A DNA stretch of 33,258 nucleotides, from NCBI GenBank assembly GCA_048940645.1, contig JBHLOI010000041.1:1-33258 (forward strand). The letters run 5' to 3'. The DNA comes from Promethearchaeota archaeon (GTDB lineage Archaea; Asgardarchaeota; Lokiarchaeia; Sigyniarchaeales; SOKP01). The notes under the pieces are model-generated. The model did no database searches. It saw only the letters and a list, made by a program, of their open reading frames with translations, and was not told the origin of the DNA. The translations under genes and the position numbers were made by a program. Shown here in pieces: positions 8,896-17,890 of this stretch. Numbering within the stretch: position 1 is the first letter of the stretch; each line of letters begins with the position of its first letter.

Positions 8896-10761
8896 ATGAT
8901 TCCAAAAAATATGGATATATTTCTCAAGGAAAGACTTCCGGAAGCTACCCTTAAAACTCGACTTAAAAAAGAGAATGGAAGGTGCTATTTAGAATTTAGT
9001 AATCTAGATGTACATCTTCTTTCACGTTTAGGAGTTATTACTGATAAGGTTGGTCCTAAATTAGTTAGTTGTATGTGGGAGGAAAAATCTACATTAGAAA
9101 TTGGTGGATATTTGGTTGTAGATTCTCTTGCCATGGGAAGCCCTTCTATGGGAGGAATCCGAATGCTCCCAGATATCACTCCATCAGATATTTATAATTT
9201 AGCTCGTGGAATGACCCTTAAAAATGCAGCAGCTAATCTTCCATATGGGGGTGGAAAATCAGGCATAGTCGCAGAGAGAAAGCTCTCAAAAGAACAACAT
9301 GATGAGACAATTAAAGGATTTGCACGCTTAATCCAACGTTATAGAGAGATATATGTACCTGGACCTGATGTAGGAACTAATGATTCTGATATGAAAACAA
9401 TTGCGATTGAAAATGGACTAGATAGTGCTGTATCAAAACCAGCAGATATGGGTGGAAATCGTATTGATGAACTTGGAGCTGCTGCTGGAGGTGTAGTGAC
9501 CGCATTACAAAAATTGTTGGAAATAATGCCTAGATTGCGTGTTCTACCTCAATTCGCAAATTTGAAAATTCCAAAATTAGAAAAACTCACAATTTTAATT
9601 CAAGGTTTTGGAGCCGTTGGCGCTCATGCTGCACGTATACTAAAAGAAAGAATTCCACTAGTTAAAATTACAGGAATTAGTGATTTAGAAGGATATTTAT
9701 ATAATGAATCGGGTTTACCAGTATTAAAATTATATAATTTATGGAAAGAAGAGGGTCTTGTTACAACTTCCTATTTTCAGAGTGATATTATTTCAGAAGG
9801 TTATAAACATCCTACAAAATTCTCAACAAATTCAAATAATTTATTACTCGAAGATGGTTTTTGTTTAATTCCTGCAGCTCCTGTATTTAATTATTTGGGA
9901 GTATGGCCAACTGAAACGCCTTCAATGCTAGTAGAAAGAATGGGAAATTGGGCAGTAATAGTTGAGGGTGCAAATACATATTCTCCTGACCCAAATAGAA
10001 AAGCTGCTCGAATACGGATGGAACAAATTGTATATCGTGAAAAAGGAGTTATGATAGCAAATGATTATTTAGTAAATTCTGGGGGAGTAATCTATGCTGC
10101 CCAGGAACATTTAATAAAAACTCCTGATCATCTCCAAATACCTGAAGAATATCTTGGAAACCGTAAAGCTGTTGAAAATTGGTTAGCTAATTATGCTAAA
10201 GAATTTGAAGAATTATCAAAAAATCGTTTAATAGCCGGTGAGGGTTATAGAAAAGAGGTTATTAGCCGTAATATGATTGAATTAGTTGATATATTATCAA
10301 GAAACCCAGATATACTTCCTTTTTTTGCAGCAGAGAAGATAAGTCTGCAACGTCTAACAGCAAAAGAAAGTGAAAGAACAGCTAAAGATATTATGGTTCC
10401 AATACCTACTATTGATGTAAATAGGAGTGTTCAAGAAGCAGCATCATTAATGATTGAAAAAAATAGTGGAATAGTTGCTGTACTCTCTGAAAGTAAGCTT
10501 GTAGGAGTTATGACTGATTGGGATATTACCAAATCTACTGCTGAAGGCATACAAGATGTTTCGCTTGAAAAAATTATGACGAAAGAGGTAATTAGCGCTT
10601 CACCTGATTTTACAATTTTAGATATTATTCGAGAATTAGAACAATTTCAAATATCTGCAATGCCGGTAGTTAAAGATGGCGAAGTCTTAGGTAAGGTTAG
10701 CTCGGATTTAATTGCACAACGTTATATTTTAAACTATCTACAAACACATGAAAATTATTAA
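8896..10761 (+). CDS. Glu/Leu/Phe/Val dehydrogenase fused to a C-terminal CBS-domain pair
   Basis: GGIRM, MTLKNA..LPYGGGKSG, PGPDVGTN, QGFGAVG, VEGAN and NSGGV motifs; then AKDIM...LVGVMTDWDI...IMTKEVIS...MPVV..G.VLGKVS (two CBS domains). Confidence 0.9.
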   Translation: MIPKNMDIFLKERLPEATLKTRLKKENGRCYLEFSNLDVHLLSRLGVITDKVGPKLVSCMWEEKSTLEIGGYLVVDSLAMGSPSMGGIRMLPDITPSDIYNLARGMTLKNAAANLPYGGGKSGIVAERKLSKEQHDETIKGFARLIQRYREIYVPGPDVGTNDSDMKTIAIENGLDSAVSKPADMGGNRIDELGAAAGGVVTALQKLLEIMPRLRVLPQFANLKIPKLEKLTILIQGFGAVGAHAARILKERIPLVKITGISDLEGYLYNESGLPVLKLYNLWKEEGLVTTSYFQSDIISEGYKHPTKFSTNSNNLLLEDGFCLIPAAPVFNYLGVWPTETPSMLVERMGNWAVIVEGANTYSPDPNRKAARIRMEQIVYREKGVMIANDYLVNSGGVIYAAQEHLIKTPDHLQIPEEYLGNRKAVENWLANYAKEFEELSKNRLIAGEGYRKEVISRNMIELVDILSRNPDILPFFAAEKISLQRLTAKESERTAKDIMVPIPTIDVNRSVQEAASLMIEKNSGIVAVLSESKLVGVMTDWDITKSTAEGIQDVSLEKIMTKEVISASPDFTILDIIRELEQFQISAMPVVKDGEVLGKVSSDLIAQRYILNYLQTHENY

Positions 10762-10772
10762 ATTAGTTAACA

Positions 10773-11897
10773 TTAATAATATTTTACGATATTATATAAC
10801 GTATTTCTTTGAGCTGGTCGTTTCCCAGCACTTTTTATGATTTTGATGATTTCATCTGGTGATAAATATTCTCCAAATTCAGCACCAGCACTCTTAGAGA
10901 TATTTTCTTCCATTAATGTTCCTGAAAAATCATTGACTCCATAATTAAGAGATACTTGTGCAAATTTTGGTCCTAATTTTACCCACGAACATTGTAAATT
11001 ATCAATAGAATTATTAAAAAACAATCTTGCAACACAAAACAATTTCAAGTCTGCCATTCCATAGCTCGCTTGTAATGGAAAATCTTTTAATTTAACTAAC
11101 ATTGGCCTTTCTTTAACAAAGGGTAAAGGCACAAATTCAGTAAAACCATGGGTTTCTTTCTGAATATTTCTTATAATTTCTAAGTGCTTAATCCTATCTT
11201 CCAATTCTTCAATATGTCCATACATAATTGTTGATGTGGTGGGGATTCCTAAGTTATGAGCTATAGATATGATGTTGATCCATTCGGCAGTGCTTACTTT
11301 ATTTGGGCATATAATTTTTCTTATTTTATCAACTAAAATTTCAGCAGCAGTGCCAGGTATTGAATCTAAACCTGATTTTTTCAAAATTTTTAGAGTATCT
11401 TCAATGCTATTGCCTGATAATTTAGCCATATAATATATTTCTTGAGGTGAGAATGCGTGGATATGAATCTCTGGATTTACTTTTTTTACAGTTTTTAAAA
11501 TATCTAGATAAAAATCAAATTTTATTTTAGGATGTATACCACCTTGAATACATACTTCAGAACAGCCGTTAATATGTGCTTGCTGAACTTTCTTTCTTAC
11601 TTCCTCGATGGTTAATAAAAATCCTTCTTTATTTGTAATAGGAACACTGAAGGAACAAAATTTACAACCTTTTTGGCAAATATTTGTAAAATTTATATTC
11701 CTGTTTATTACAAATGTGACTACATTCTGCTTTTTCTTGAAACAAATTTCATCTGCCGTAGCTTGTAATGCTCTAAATTCTTTTCCAGTCACCTTAAGCA
11801 GTTCTAAAGCTTCTTGAGAAGTAATTTCTTCTGATTCGAGACTCTTCTTCAATATTGATTTAATCTTTTGCCTAATTTGACTATAAATCTGTACCAT
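10773..11897 (-). CDS. cofH: FO synthase subunit 2 (radical SAM)
   Basis: VTFVINRNINFTNICQKGCKFCSF, IQGG.HP, PGTAAEIL, QCSWVKLG and NDFSGTLMEENIS motifs; adjacent to cofG. Confidence 0.92.
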   Translation of the reverse strand: MVQIYSQIRQKIKSILKKSLESEEITSQEALELLKVTGKEFRALQATADEICFKKKQNVVTFVINRNINFTNICQKGCKFCSFSVPITNKEGFLLTIEEVRKKVQQAHINGCSEVCIQGGIHPKIKFDFYLDILKTVKKVNPEIHIHAFSPQEIYYMAKLSGNSIEDTLKILKKSGLDSIPGTAAEILVDKIRKIICPNKVSTAEWINIISIAHNLGIPTTSTIMYGHIEELEDRIKHLEIIRNIQKETHGFTEFVPLPFVKERPMLVKLKDFPLQASYGMADLKLFCVARLFFNNSIDNLQCSWVKLGPKFAQVSLNYGVNDFSGTLMEENISKSAGAEFGEYLSPDEIIKIIKSAGKRPAQRNTLYNIVKYY

Positions 11898-12993
11898 TTA
11901 AATTAATATTATCTATAATTTTTTTAATATTTACTGGACAGAATTCCGATTTTTGTATATATTTTTCATAAATTGGAAATCTTTCTCTTAGTTTATAACC
12001 TAAGTTACTACAAATACTTTTTAAATTATTAATTTGAGGCCATAAATGATCAGGATTGATATAATCAATTGTAAATGGAGATATACCTCCAAAATCATTG
12101 ATTCCCAACTCGATTGCTTCTTTCTCATATCCTCGTATTAAATTAGGTGGTACTTGGATGGCAATCTCGTTTCCTAATATAAGTTTTGCAATACCAGCTA
12201 TTTTTAGAGTTTCTTCAATAGATATAGGATTTTCTGGATGATATTGAATTCCTTCTTTTCCTACAAAATTTTGTATTATTACTTCTTGAATATGACCATA
12301 ATCTTCATAAATTTCTTTGATTAAGTTAAGATCTTTAATCCTATCCTCAAATTTTTCACCAATGCCTAGTAATAAACCTGTGGTGAACGGAATTTTTAAC
12401 TTTCCCGCATTCTTAATATGTTCTATTCTTTTTTCTGGTAATTTACCTGGCGATAACTCATGAACTCTTCCTCTTTTAAACAATTCTAAGCTAGTGCTTT
12501 CCAACATTAATCCCATACTGGCATTGAAATTTTTTAGTTTTTCCAATTCCTCAAAAGTCAGTACTCCAATATTACTATGAGGTAACAGTTTAAAATCTAA
12601 AAGATAAGAACAAAGAAAGATAATAAACTGTACATAATCATCATGTTTTCTCTTTTTTAATTCTCGTTTAACCTCGATGAAATTATCTGGCCTTTCTCCA
12701 GACATCAACAAGGCTTCCTTACAATTTGACTTTACGGCTTTTTGAATTAGTCTAATAATTTGTTCATTACCTAAAAGAATAACATTACCTTTGCCATCTA
12801 ATTTAGGAACTTTATAATTATAAAAACAATACTTACATTCATTTTGGCAATAATTTGATAAAGATAAGGTAAAGTTTTTTGAAAACGTAATAATATGTCG
12901 GCTCTCATTTGGTAATGAAGACTTTATCTCTCTTACCTTTTCTTTTAGTTTTCTTATTGAAAGATTTTTATAATAATCTACATTTTTGCTCAT
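11881..12993 (-). CDS. cofG: FO synthase subunit 1 (radical SAM)
   Basis: TFSKN...C.NECKYC, ASMGLMLE, PFTTGLLLGIGE, GHIQEVIIQNF, QVPPNL and DFGGISP.T.DYINP..WP motifs. Confidence 0.93.
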   Translation of the reverse strand: MSKNVDYYKNLSIRKLKEKVREIKSSLPNESRHIITFSKNFTLSLSNYCQNECKYCFYNYKVPKLDGKGNVILLGNEQIIRLIQKAVKSNCKEALLMSGERPDNFIEVKRELKKRKHDDYVQFIIFLCSYLLDFKLLPHSNIGVLTFEELEKLKNFNASMGLMLESTSLELFKRGRVHELSPGKLPEKRIEHIKNAGKLKIPFTTGLLLGIGEKFEDRIKDLNLIKEIYEDYGHIQEVIIQNFVGKEGIQYHPENPISIEETLKIAGIAKLILGNEIAIQVPPNLIRGYEKEAIELGINDFGGISPFTIDYINPDHLWPQINNLKSICSNLGYKLRERFPIYEKYIQKSEFCPVNIKKIIDNINLNGTDL

Positions 12994-12994
12994 T

Positions 12995-13660
12995 TTACCA
13001 TCTTTTATACTTTAAAATGACATAATTTTTTCGGTGATTAAGATCGATGAGTTTGAACCTTTGAGCTTGGCCCATTTTATCAAAACCCACGCCTTCAGCT
13101 AATGTAATGGAATCCTTTCCTCCTATAACCCATGGTGCTATAGTTAGCCTTATTTCATCCACTAAATCTTCCTTAATAAAACTCCAATTTAGATTTCCTC
13201 CACCTTCTAGAAGAATAGATTTAATCCCTAAATTATATAGATTTGACATTGACTTTTTAAGATCTACATGTAAACCTTTTCCGTTCCTCATTATTTTTAT
13301 GTTTCTAGCTTCAAATTGTTTAACTTTTTCTTGAGGTACATTTTCTGTAGCACATATTACTGTAGGATAAGTTTCTGGCTTATAAGTTATCACCTGTGAA
13401 TCAATTGGAATAGATAAGTTACTGTCTACAACAATACGATAATAACCATTATGTTCATAAAATTTAATATGAAGTTTAGGATTATCCTTTAAAATCGTAT
13501 TTTTTCCGACCATAATCGCATCTACTTGAGTTCTGAGTTTATGAACATCTTTCCAATCCTTTTCATCTGATATTTCAGAATCCCCCTCTTTTGAGGAAAT
13601 CTTCCCATCTATCGTCATGGCTGCATTTAAAATAATATAAGGTTTTTTAACGTTTTTCAT
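12995..13660 (-). CDS. arfC: 2,5-diamino-6-(ribosylamino)-4(3H)-pyrimidinone 5'-phosphate reductase (archaeal RibD reductase domain)
   Basis: PYIILNAAMTIDGKI, VHKLR..DAIMVG..TILKDNP.L and LLEGGG.LNWS motifs; no deaminase domain; start is ATG 13660 or TTG 13666. Confidence 0.9.
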   Translation of the reverse strand: MKNVKKPYIILNAAMTIDGKISSKEGDSEISDEKDWKDVHKLRTQVDAIMVGKNTILKDNPKLHIKFYEHNGYYRIVVDSNLSIPIDSQVITYKPETYPTVICATENVPQEKVKQFEARNIKIMRNGKGLHVDLKKSMSNLYNLGIKSILLEGGGNLNWSFIKEDLVDEIRLTIAPWVIGGKDSITLAEGVGFDKMGQAQRFKLIDLNHRKNYVILKYKRW

Positions 13661-14810
13661 GAACAAGTTTACCCCTTACATATGTTTTTTTAATATTAAA
13701 TGAATTAGTTCTTCCAATGATTAATGCATAAAACGTATCAATATCTAATTTTGGTGTATAGTAATTAGGATTATTTAAATCAATTATAAAGAAATTCGCA
13801 CTTTTCCCTTCTGATATCGAACCAATCTGACCTTCGACATTAAAGATTTTAGCAGCTTTAATTGTAACCATCTTTAGCAAATCTTTGCCGGTTATTTTTA
13901 TGTTCCTGTCCATCACTCTTAAGATCCGGTATAAATACCGCAATTCTTCAAATAAATCAGGACTATTAGCCATTATATTATCTGTTCCGATCGCTAAGGG
14001 TATTTTTAATTTTAAAATTTTATTTATTGGTGGAAAACCAGCTCCAAAATATCCATTACAACGTGGACATAATATTAGGGAATTTTGTTTTTGTTCTAAA
14101 AGTTTTAAATCTTTTTCAATAAAATGAGTTCCATGAATAAATATATCGACAATATTATCATTAAAAATTTGATTTACTAAATCATTATCCCTTTCTAACT
14201 CAGCAACATGACAAGCAACAATTTTTCCAGAAATCTGTTTACATTTTCTTAGGGCTTTTTTAACTTCTGGATTAATATTTTTATAACTTGGTAAACCCAT
14301 CCCATCTGCTAATTGGAAAATCTTTTTAATCTCGTCTTTCTCTCTATATCTTCCTAGAACTAAAGAATTAATGATTTTTTCTCTTTTTATAGCTTCATTT
14401 AAAATTTTTAGTCCGTCAACTCCCCCTTCCCTAAAATCGATAAAAGAAGTAATTCCATTTGATAATATTTCTAATATTGATTTTTTAATTCCTTCTATTA
14501 TCACTTCTTTTCGAGTTTCATTTAATAGGAGATGCTTAATACCATTTGGAGGTGCGACGACTTCTTTTAAAGGTTTATTAAACCCTTGTTCCTTAGCAAA
14601 ACTATCTCCAATATGAATATGAGAATTGATCAATCCGGGTACTAATAATAAATTTGAGCTTTTATCTGAAAGTTGGATAGTATCTCCTACATTCTTATAT
14701 GAAATACTCTTAAAATTACCATTTTCATTAATTAGAATTTTAATATCTTTTTTTAATTCTAAGTTATCACCAATTAAACCATAATTGCTAAAAATTTCTG
14801 AACTGTACAT
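13647..14810 (-). CDS. Metal-dependent amidohydrolase (cytosine/guanine deaminase-like)
   Basis: PGLINSHIHIGDS, HVAE, IHGTH, CPRCN and GTDN motifs; overlaps the arfC start. Confidence 0.88.
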   Translation of the reverse strand: MYSSEIFSNYGLIGDNLELKKDIKILINENGNFKSISYKNVGDTIQLSDKSSNLLLVPGLINSHIHIGDSFAKEQGFNKPLKEVVAPPNGIKHLLLNETRKEVIIEGIKKSILEILSNGITSFIDFREGGVDGLKILNEAIKREKIINSLVLGRYREKDEIKKIFQLADGMGLPSYKNINPEVKKALRKCKQISGKIVACHVAELERDNDLVNQIFNDNIVDIFIHGTHFIEKDLKLLEQKQNSLILCPRCNGYFGAGFPPINKILKLKIPLAIGTDNIMANSPDLFEELRYLYRILRVMDRNIKITGKDLLKMVTIKAAKIFNVEGQIGSISEGKSANFFIIDLNNPNYYTPKLDIDTFYALIIGRTNSFNIKKTYVRGKLVHEKR

Positions 14811-14906
14811 AAAGAAAAAAATTATTTTTACATTATTTCAAAAAATAATTTAATTGAATAATAATTATTAGAATTGGTAAAAGCAAATAAATTTCGGTGA
14901 TTTTTA

Positions 14907-15866
14907 ATCAATCTGTTTAGAAAGGATTTACAAGACTCAATTTCGACAATAGACATTCCTATAGATAAAGTAGGAATTGTAGGAGTAGAAAAAAAAGTAG
15001 ATATTGTTCAAGAAAATAAAAAATATTCTTTTTATCCTAAAATTTCAGCATTAATTTCATTACCTAGTCACAAAAGAGGAATCCATATGTCTCGAACATC
15101 TGAAACTATTGAGGAAATCATAAATGAAGTAATATTCAAGCCAACTCCCTCTGTAGAAGTAGTAGGAGATAGGATTGCTCGAAAATTATTACAAAAACAT
15201 TCATATACAGAAAAAGTTGAAGTCAAATTAGAGGGTAAAATTATAGTCCAAGCAAAAGATGATAAGCAACGAACAATACAAAAAGCATATAATATTACTT
15301 CATTTGTGAAAGCTTGGAAGAACCAACAGAAAAAGATTGATTTTAATTACTTCATTGGAGCAAGCGCCATCGGAATGACAGTTTGTCCTTGTGCAAAGGA
15401 AATGAGTCAAGAGTATGCTGAAGAAATTATTAAAAATAGAAGTGATATAAATATTCCTGATGATACAGTACAAAAACTTCTCAACATTTTACCTTTTAGT
15501 TCACATAATCAAAGATCGAATGGAACTATAATAGTGCAAATAAAGGATTTAAATAATCATAAGATTGATGTGTTAGATATTATCGAAATTATTGAAGATT
15601 CTATGAGCGGAAAAATGCAATCTGTATTAAAAAGACCAGAAGAAGCTAAACTTGTCAGAAGTGCTCATTTAAAACCATTATTTGCTGAAGATGTAATTAG
15701 GGAAATGGCAAAGAATTTTATTATAAGAGATTTTCCAAATTTAGAGGATAATTTTAAAGTTATCTTTAAAATTGAGAGTTTTGAATCTATTCATCCGCAT
15801 AATGTTTATGCAGAATTAGTGACTACTATTGGAGATTTAAGAAATAATATCAAATTAATAGAATAA
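14907..15866 (+). CDS. mptA: GTP cyclohydrolase MptA (FolE2/GCYH-IB family)
   Basis: In-frame DLQ...IPIDKVGIVGV...KRGIHMSR lies upstream of the ORF-track ATG (15087, which is the internal HMSR Met); GMTVCPCA, HNQRS, LKRPEE, FAEDVIR and ESIHPHN motifs; probable start is ATC 14907 or CTG 14913 behind GGTGA. Confidence 0.9.
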   Translation: MNLFRKDLQDSISTIDIPIDKVGIVGVEKKVDIVQENKKYSFYPKISALISLPSHKRGIHMSRTSETIEEIINEVIFKPTPSVEVVGDRIARKLLQKHSYTEKVEVKLEGKIIVQAKDDKQRTIQKAYNITSFVKAWKNQQKKIDFNYFIGASAIGMTVCPCAKEMSQEYAEEIIKNRSDINIPDDTVQKLLNILPFSSHNQRSNGTIIVQIKDLNNHKIDVLDIIEIIEDSMSGKMQSVLKRPEEAKLVRSAHLKPLFAEDVIREMAKNFIIRDFPNLEDNFKVIFKIESFESIHPHNVYAELVTTIGDLRNNIKLIE

Positions 15867-15901
15867 CTCTGCAAATGAGCATGATACAAATCTTGGCTTT
15901 A

Positions 15902-17053
15902 TTACCTTTTCTTCTTTAAAAAATGTCTATAGACAATTTGATAATTTTTTATACTAATTATTCTAGGATTACGTTTAAATTTGGATGGAATGGGAGTACT
16001 ACATCGCGAACAGAGATTTGAAGTTTTTAGCCAATCTTTAAATTCATCAGCATGAGCTGGATATCTACAATTTGGACATACGATTATCCCCCTGCCATTG
16101 TCATTGGGGAGTTTTGGCAGCTTAAAACAAAAAATACATTTAAAATCATCTTCTGATAGGTATGATGCTCTTGGTTTATATCTATCTAAATTTATAGCCT
16201 TTGAAGTTGTTTTTACGGCTCTAGTTCTAGTAGTTTTTGTAGTTCTAGTTTTTTGCCTGTGAGAAGTAGGTGTTGTTCTCGATAATTGAGATCTAGATCT
16301 TGTTGTTTGAGTCACTGTTCTTCTTGAAGGTGATGGGGTAGTTCTAGTTGTTGTACGCACCCTTTGCCTTTGAATTGTAGGAGTATTTAATGAATTTATT
16401 CTTCTAGTACGTTGAGCAATGTAATCTCGAGTTAATGTTGGAAGTGTTCTATGTGAACTAGCTAATCCAAAGATAATAAAGATTGATAATGATGCAATGA
16501 ATAATAATAAAAGATTTAGGTTTAAAGAGAAATGAAGAGGGGTTATAGGAGAATCATAAAATTCTATAACAGTATAAAACAATACCCAATAAATTATTAT
16601 AAAAAGAATAACTGTGGAAGTTAGAATATATCCTAATGTCCTAGCTTTTACTGATTTGGTTCCAAAATAGATTACATTATATTTCTTAAAACACCGATAT
16701 AAAGAATAAGAACCATAGATTATAAATGGAAATCCAAAAATGAGACTCCACCAACTAAAATATAGATTTGAGCCTTCAAGAAGGTTTTCACCCAATATAC
16801 CTGTAAAATATCCCCAAATAGAGTAAAAAATTCCGATGAATAAAGGAATAATTACAAAAAAAGCAGTATTGTGTGGTGAATTAAATTCGCGATGCTGCTT
16901 GATATTTTCAAAAATTTTTACTGTAAAAATTATCCATAAACCAATAAATATCCATGTTAAAAAAATATTTAATGAAATTGAGATAGAACCATGTATTATA
17001 CCGATTATCAAAAAAGCGATAAAAATTATCACTAAACCCTTCTTTTTAATCAT
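15902..17053 (-). CDS. Polytopic membrane protein (about 6 TM) with a Thr/Arg-rich linker and a C-terminal RING-like Zn finger; putative E3 ligase
   Basis: Hydrophobic segments across the N-terminal 200 aa; CIFC-x16-CPNC-x4-H-x2-E-FKDW-x6-CSRC; last gene of the Ubl-E1-E2-JAMM run. Confidence 0.8.
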   Translation of the reverse strand: MIKKKGLVIIFIAFLIIGIIHGSISISLNIFLTWIFIGLWIIFTVKIFENIKQHREFNSPHNTAFFVIIPLFIGIFYSIWGYFTGILGENLLEGSNLYFSWWSLIFGFPFIIYGSYSLYRCFKKYNVIYFGTKSVKARTLGYILTSTVILFIIIYWVLFYTVIEFYDSPITPLHFSLNLNLLLLFIASLSIFIIFGLASSHRTLPTLTRDYIAQRTRRINSLNTPTIQRQRVRTTTRTTPSPSRRTVTQTTRSRSQLSRTTPTSHRQKTRTTKTTRTRAVKTTSKAINLDRYKPRASYLSEDDFKCIFCFKLPKLPNDNGRGIIVCPNCRYPAHADEFKDWLKTSNLCSRCSTPIPSKFKRNPRIISIKNYQIVYRHFLKKKR

Positions 17054-17076
17054 GGTTTAATTCTCACCTAAAAATA

Positions 17077-17883
17077 TTATTCATCATATTCTAAATAGGC
17101 AGGTTTACCTTCAATAATTGGATTCATAAATTCCAAAATCTCCGGTAACATTCTCACATCTAAATACCCTTTAATATCAAATGGTACTGAAAACCACTTC
17201 TTTGTTTTAAAATTTGCACGATAGATTTCAAATCCCAATGAAGTGCCATCAATTTGATACGGATCTATAACTAGCGCAATTGCTTTATCCCATAATTTTT
17301 GATATCTTGCTTGAGTTCCTAAATCTTCTTTAGACATAAAGCATCCATATGAAGGATGGGAGTGATACCAACCACAAATAAATAGATTGTGTTTTTTTAT
17401 ATCTTTAAATGCTCTCACATAATTTTTATAATCTTTTATTTCAGCATAAACTGCTGTACCATGTCCCATTGGATAGGCATCTTCCACATGGAGAACTCCT
17501 TTAGCATTATCAAACTTTCCAGCGAGCAATCCTATCACTTCAACCCATTTCTGTCTTCGAATTTTAGAATGAGCGTATTTTAATGAATGACTAGCTATCT
17601 TAAGGATAGTTTTTATTGTTACAGCTATATGTGCTTCAGCTCTATCATTATTAGCATAAGTTATTACTGGTTCCATTGGTATAGGTTCAAGTTTAACTTT
17701 AACTTTTTCTGAATGCCCTAATGGCTGGGTTTCAATAAGTTCGGAAGTTAATTCTTCCCTTAATTCTTCTTCTAATTGTAATTCGGTATATATCTCTTCA
17801 AGTAATTCTTTTTTAATTTTTTCTTTAATTTTTTGTTTTATTGCTTCTTTGATTGAATTGCTATTTTTCTCGTCTATATTCAT
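17077..17883 (-). CDS. JAB1/MPN+ (JAMM) metalloprotease, Rpn11/CSN5-like deconjugase
   Basis: EVIGLLAG and GWYHSHPSYGCFMSKEDLGTQ JAMM motif, ALVIDP; charged N-terminal extension. Confidence 0.92.
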   Translation of the reverse strand: MNIDEKNSNSIKEAIKQKIKEKIKKELLEEIYTELQLEEELREELTSELIETQPLGHSEKVKVKLEPIPMEPVITYANNDRAEAHIAVTIKTILKIASHSLKYAHSKIRRQKWVEVIGLLAGKFDNAKGVLHVEDAYPMGHGTAVYAEIKDYKNYVRAFKDIKKHNLFICGWYHSHPSYGCFMSKEDLGTQARYQKLWDKAIALVIDPYQIDGTSLGFEIYRANFKTKKWFSVPFDIKGYLDVRMLPEILEFMNPIIEGKPAYLEYDE

Positions 17884-17890
17884 TATAATT

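Noticed and set aside
4173-14616. Short ORFs at 4173, 6259, 8985, 11608, 13107, 13885 and 14371
   Set aside because: All are antisense to well-supported genes and carry no motifs
14874-14906. In-frame TTG (14874) followed by TGA (14898) upstream of mptA, suggesting selenocysteine or readthrough
   Set aside because: The TGA is part of the GGTGA SD motif, it lies outside the conserved region with no expected Cys, and no SECIS was recognised; a non-canonical start is simpler
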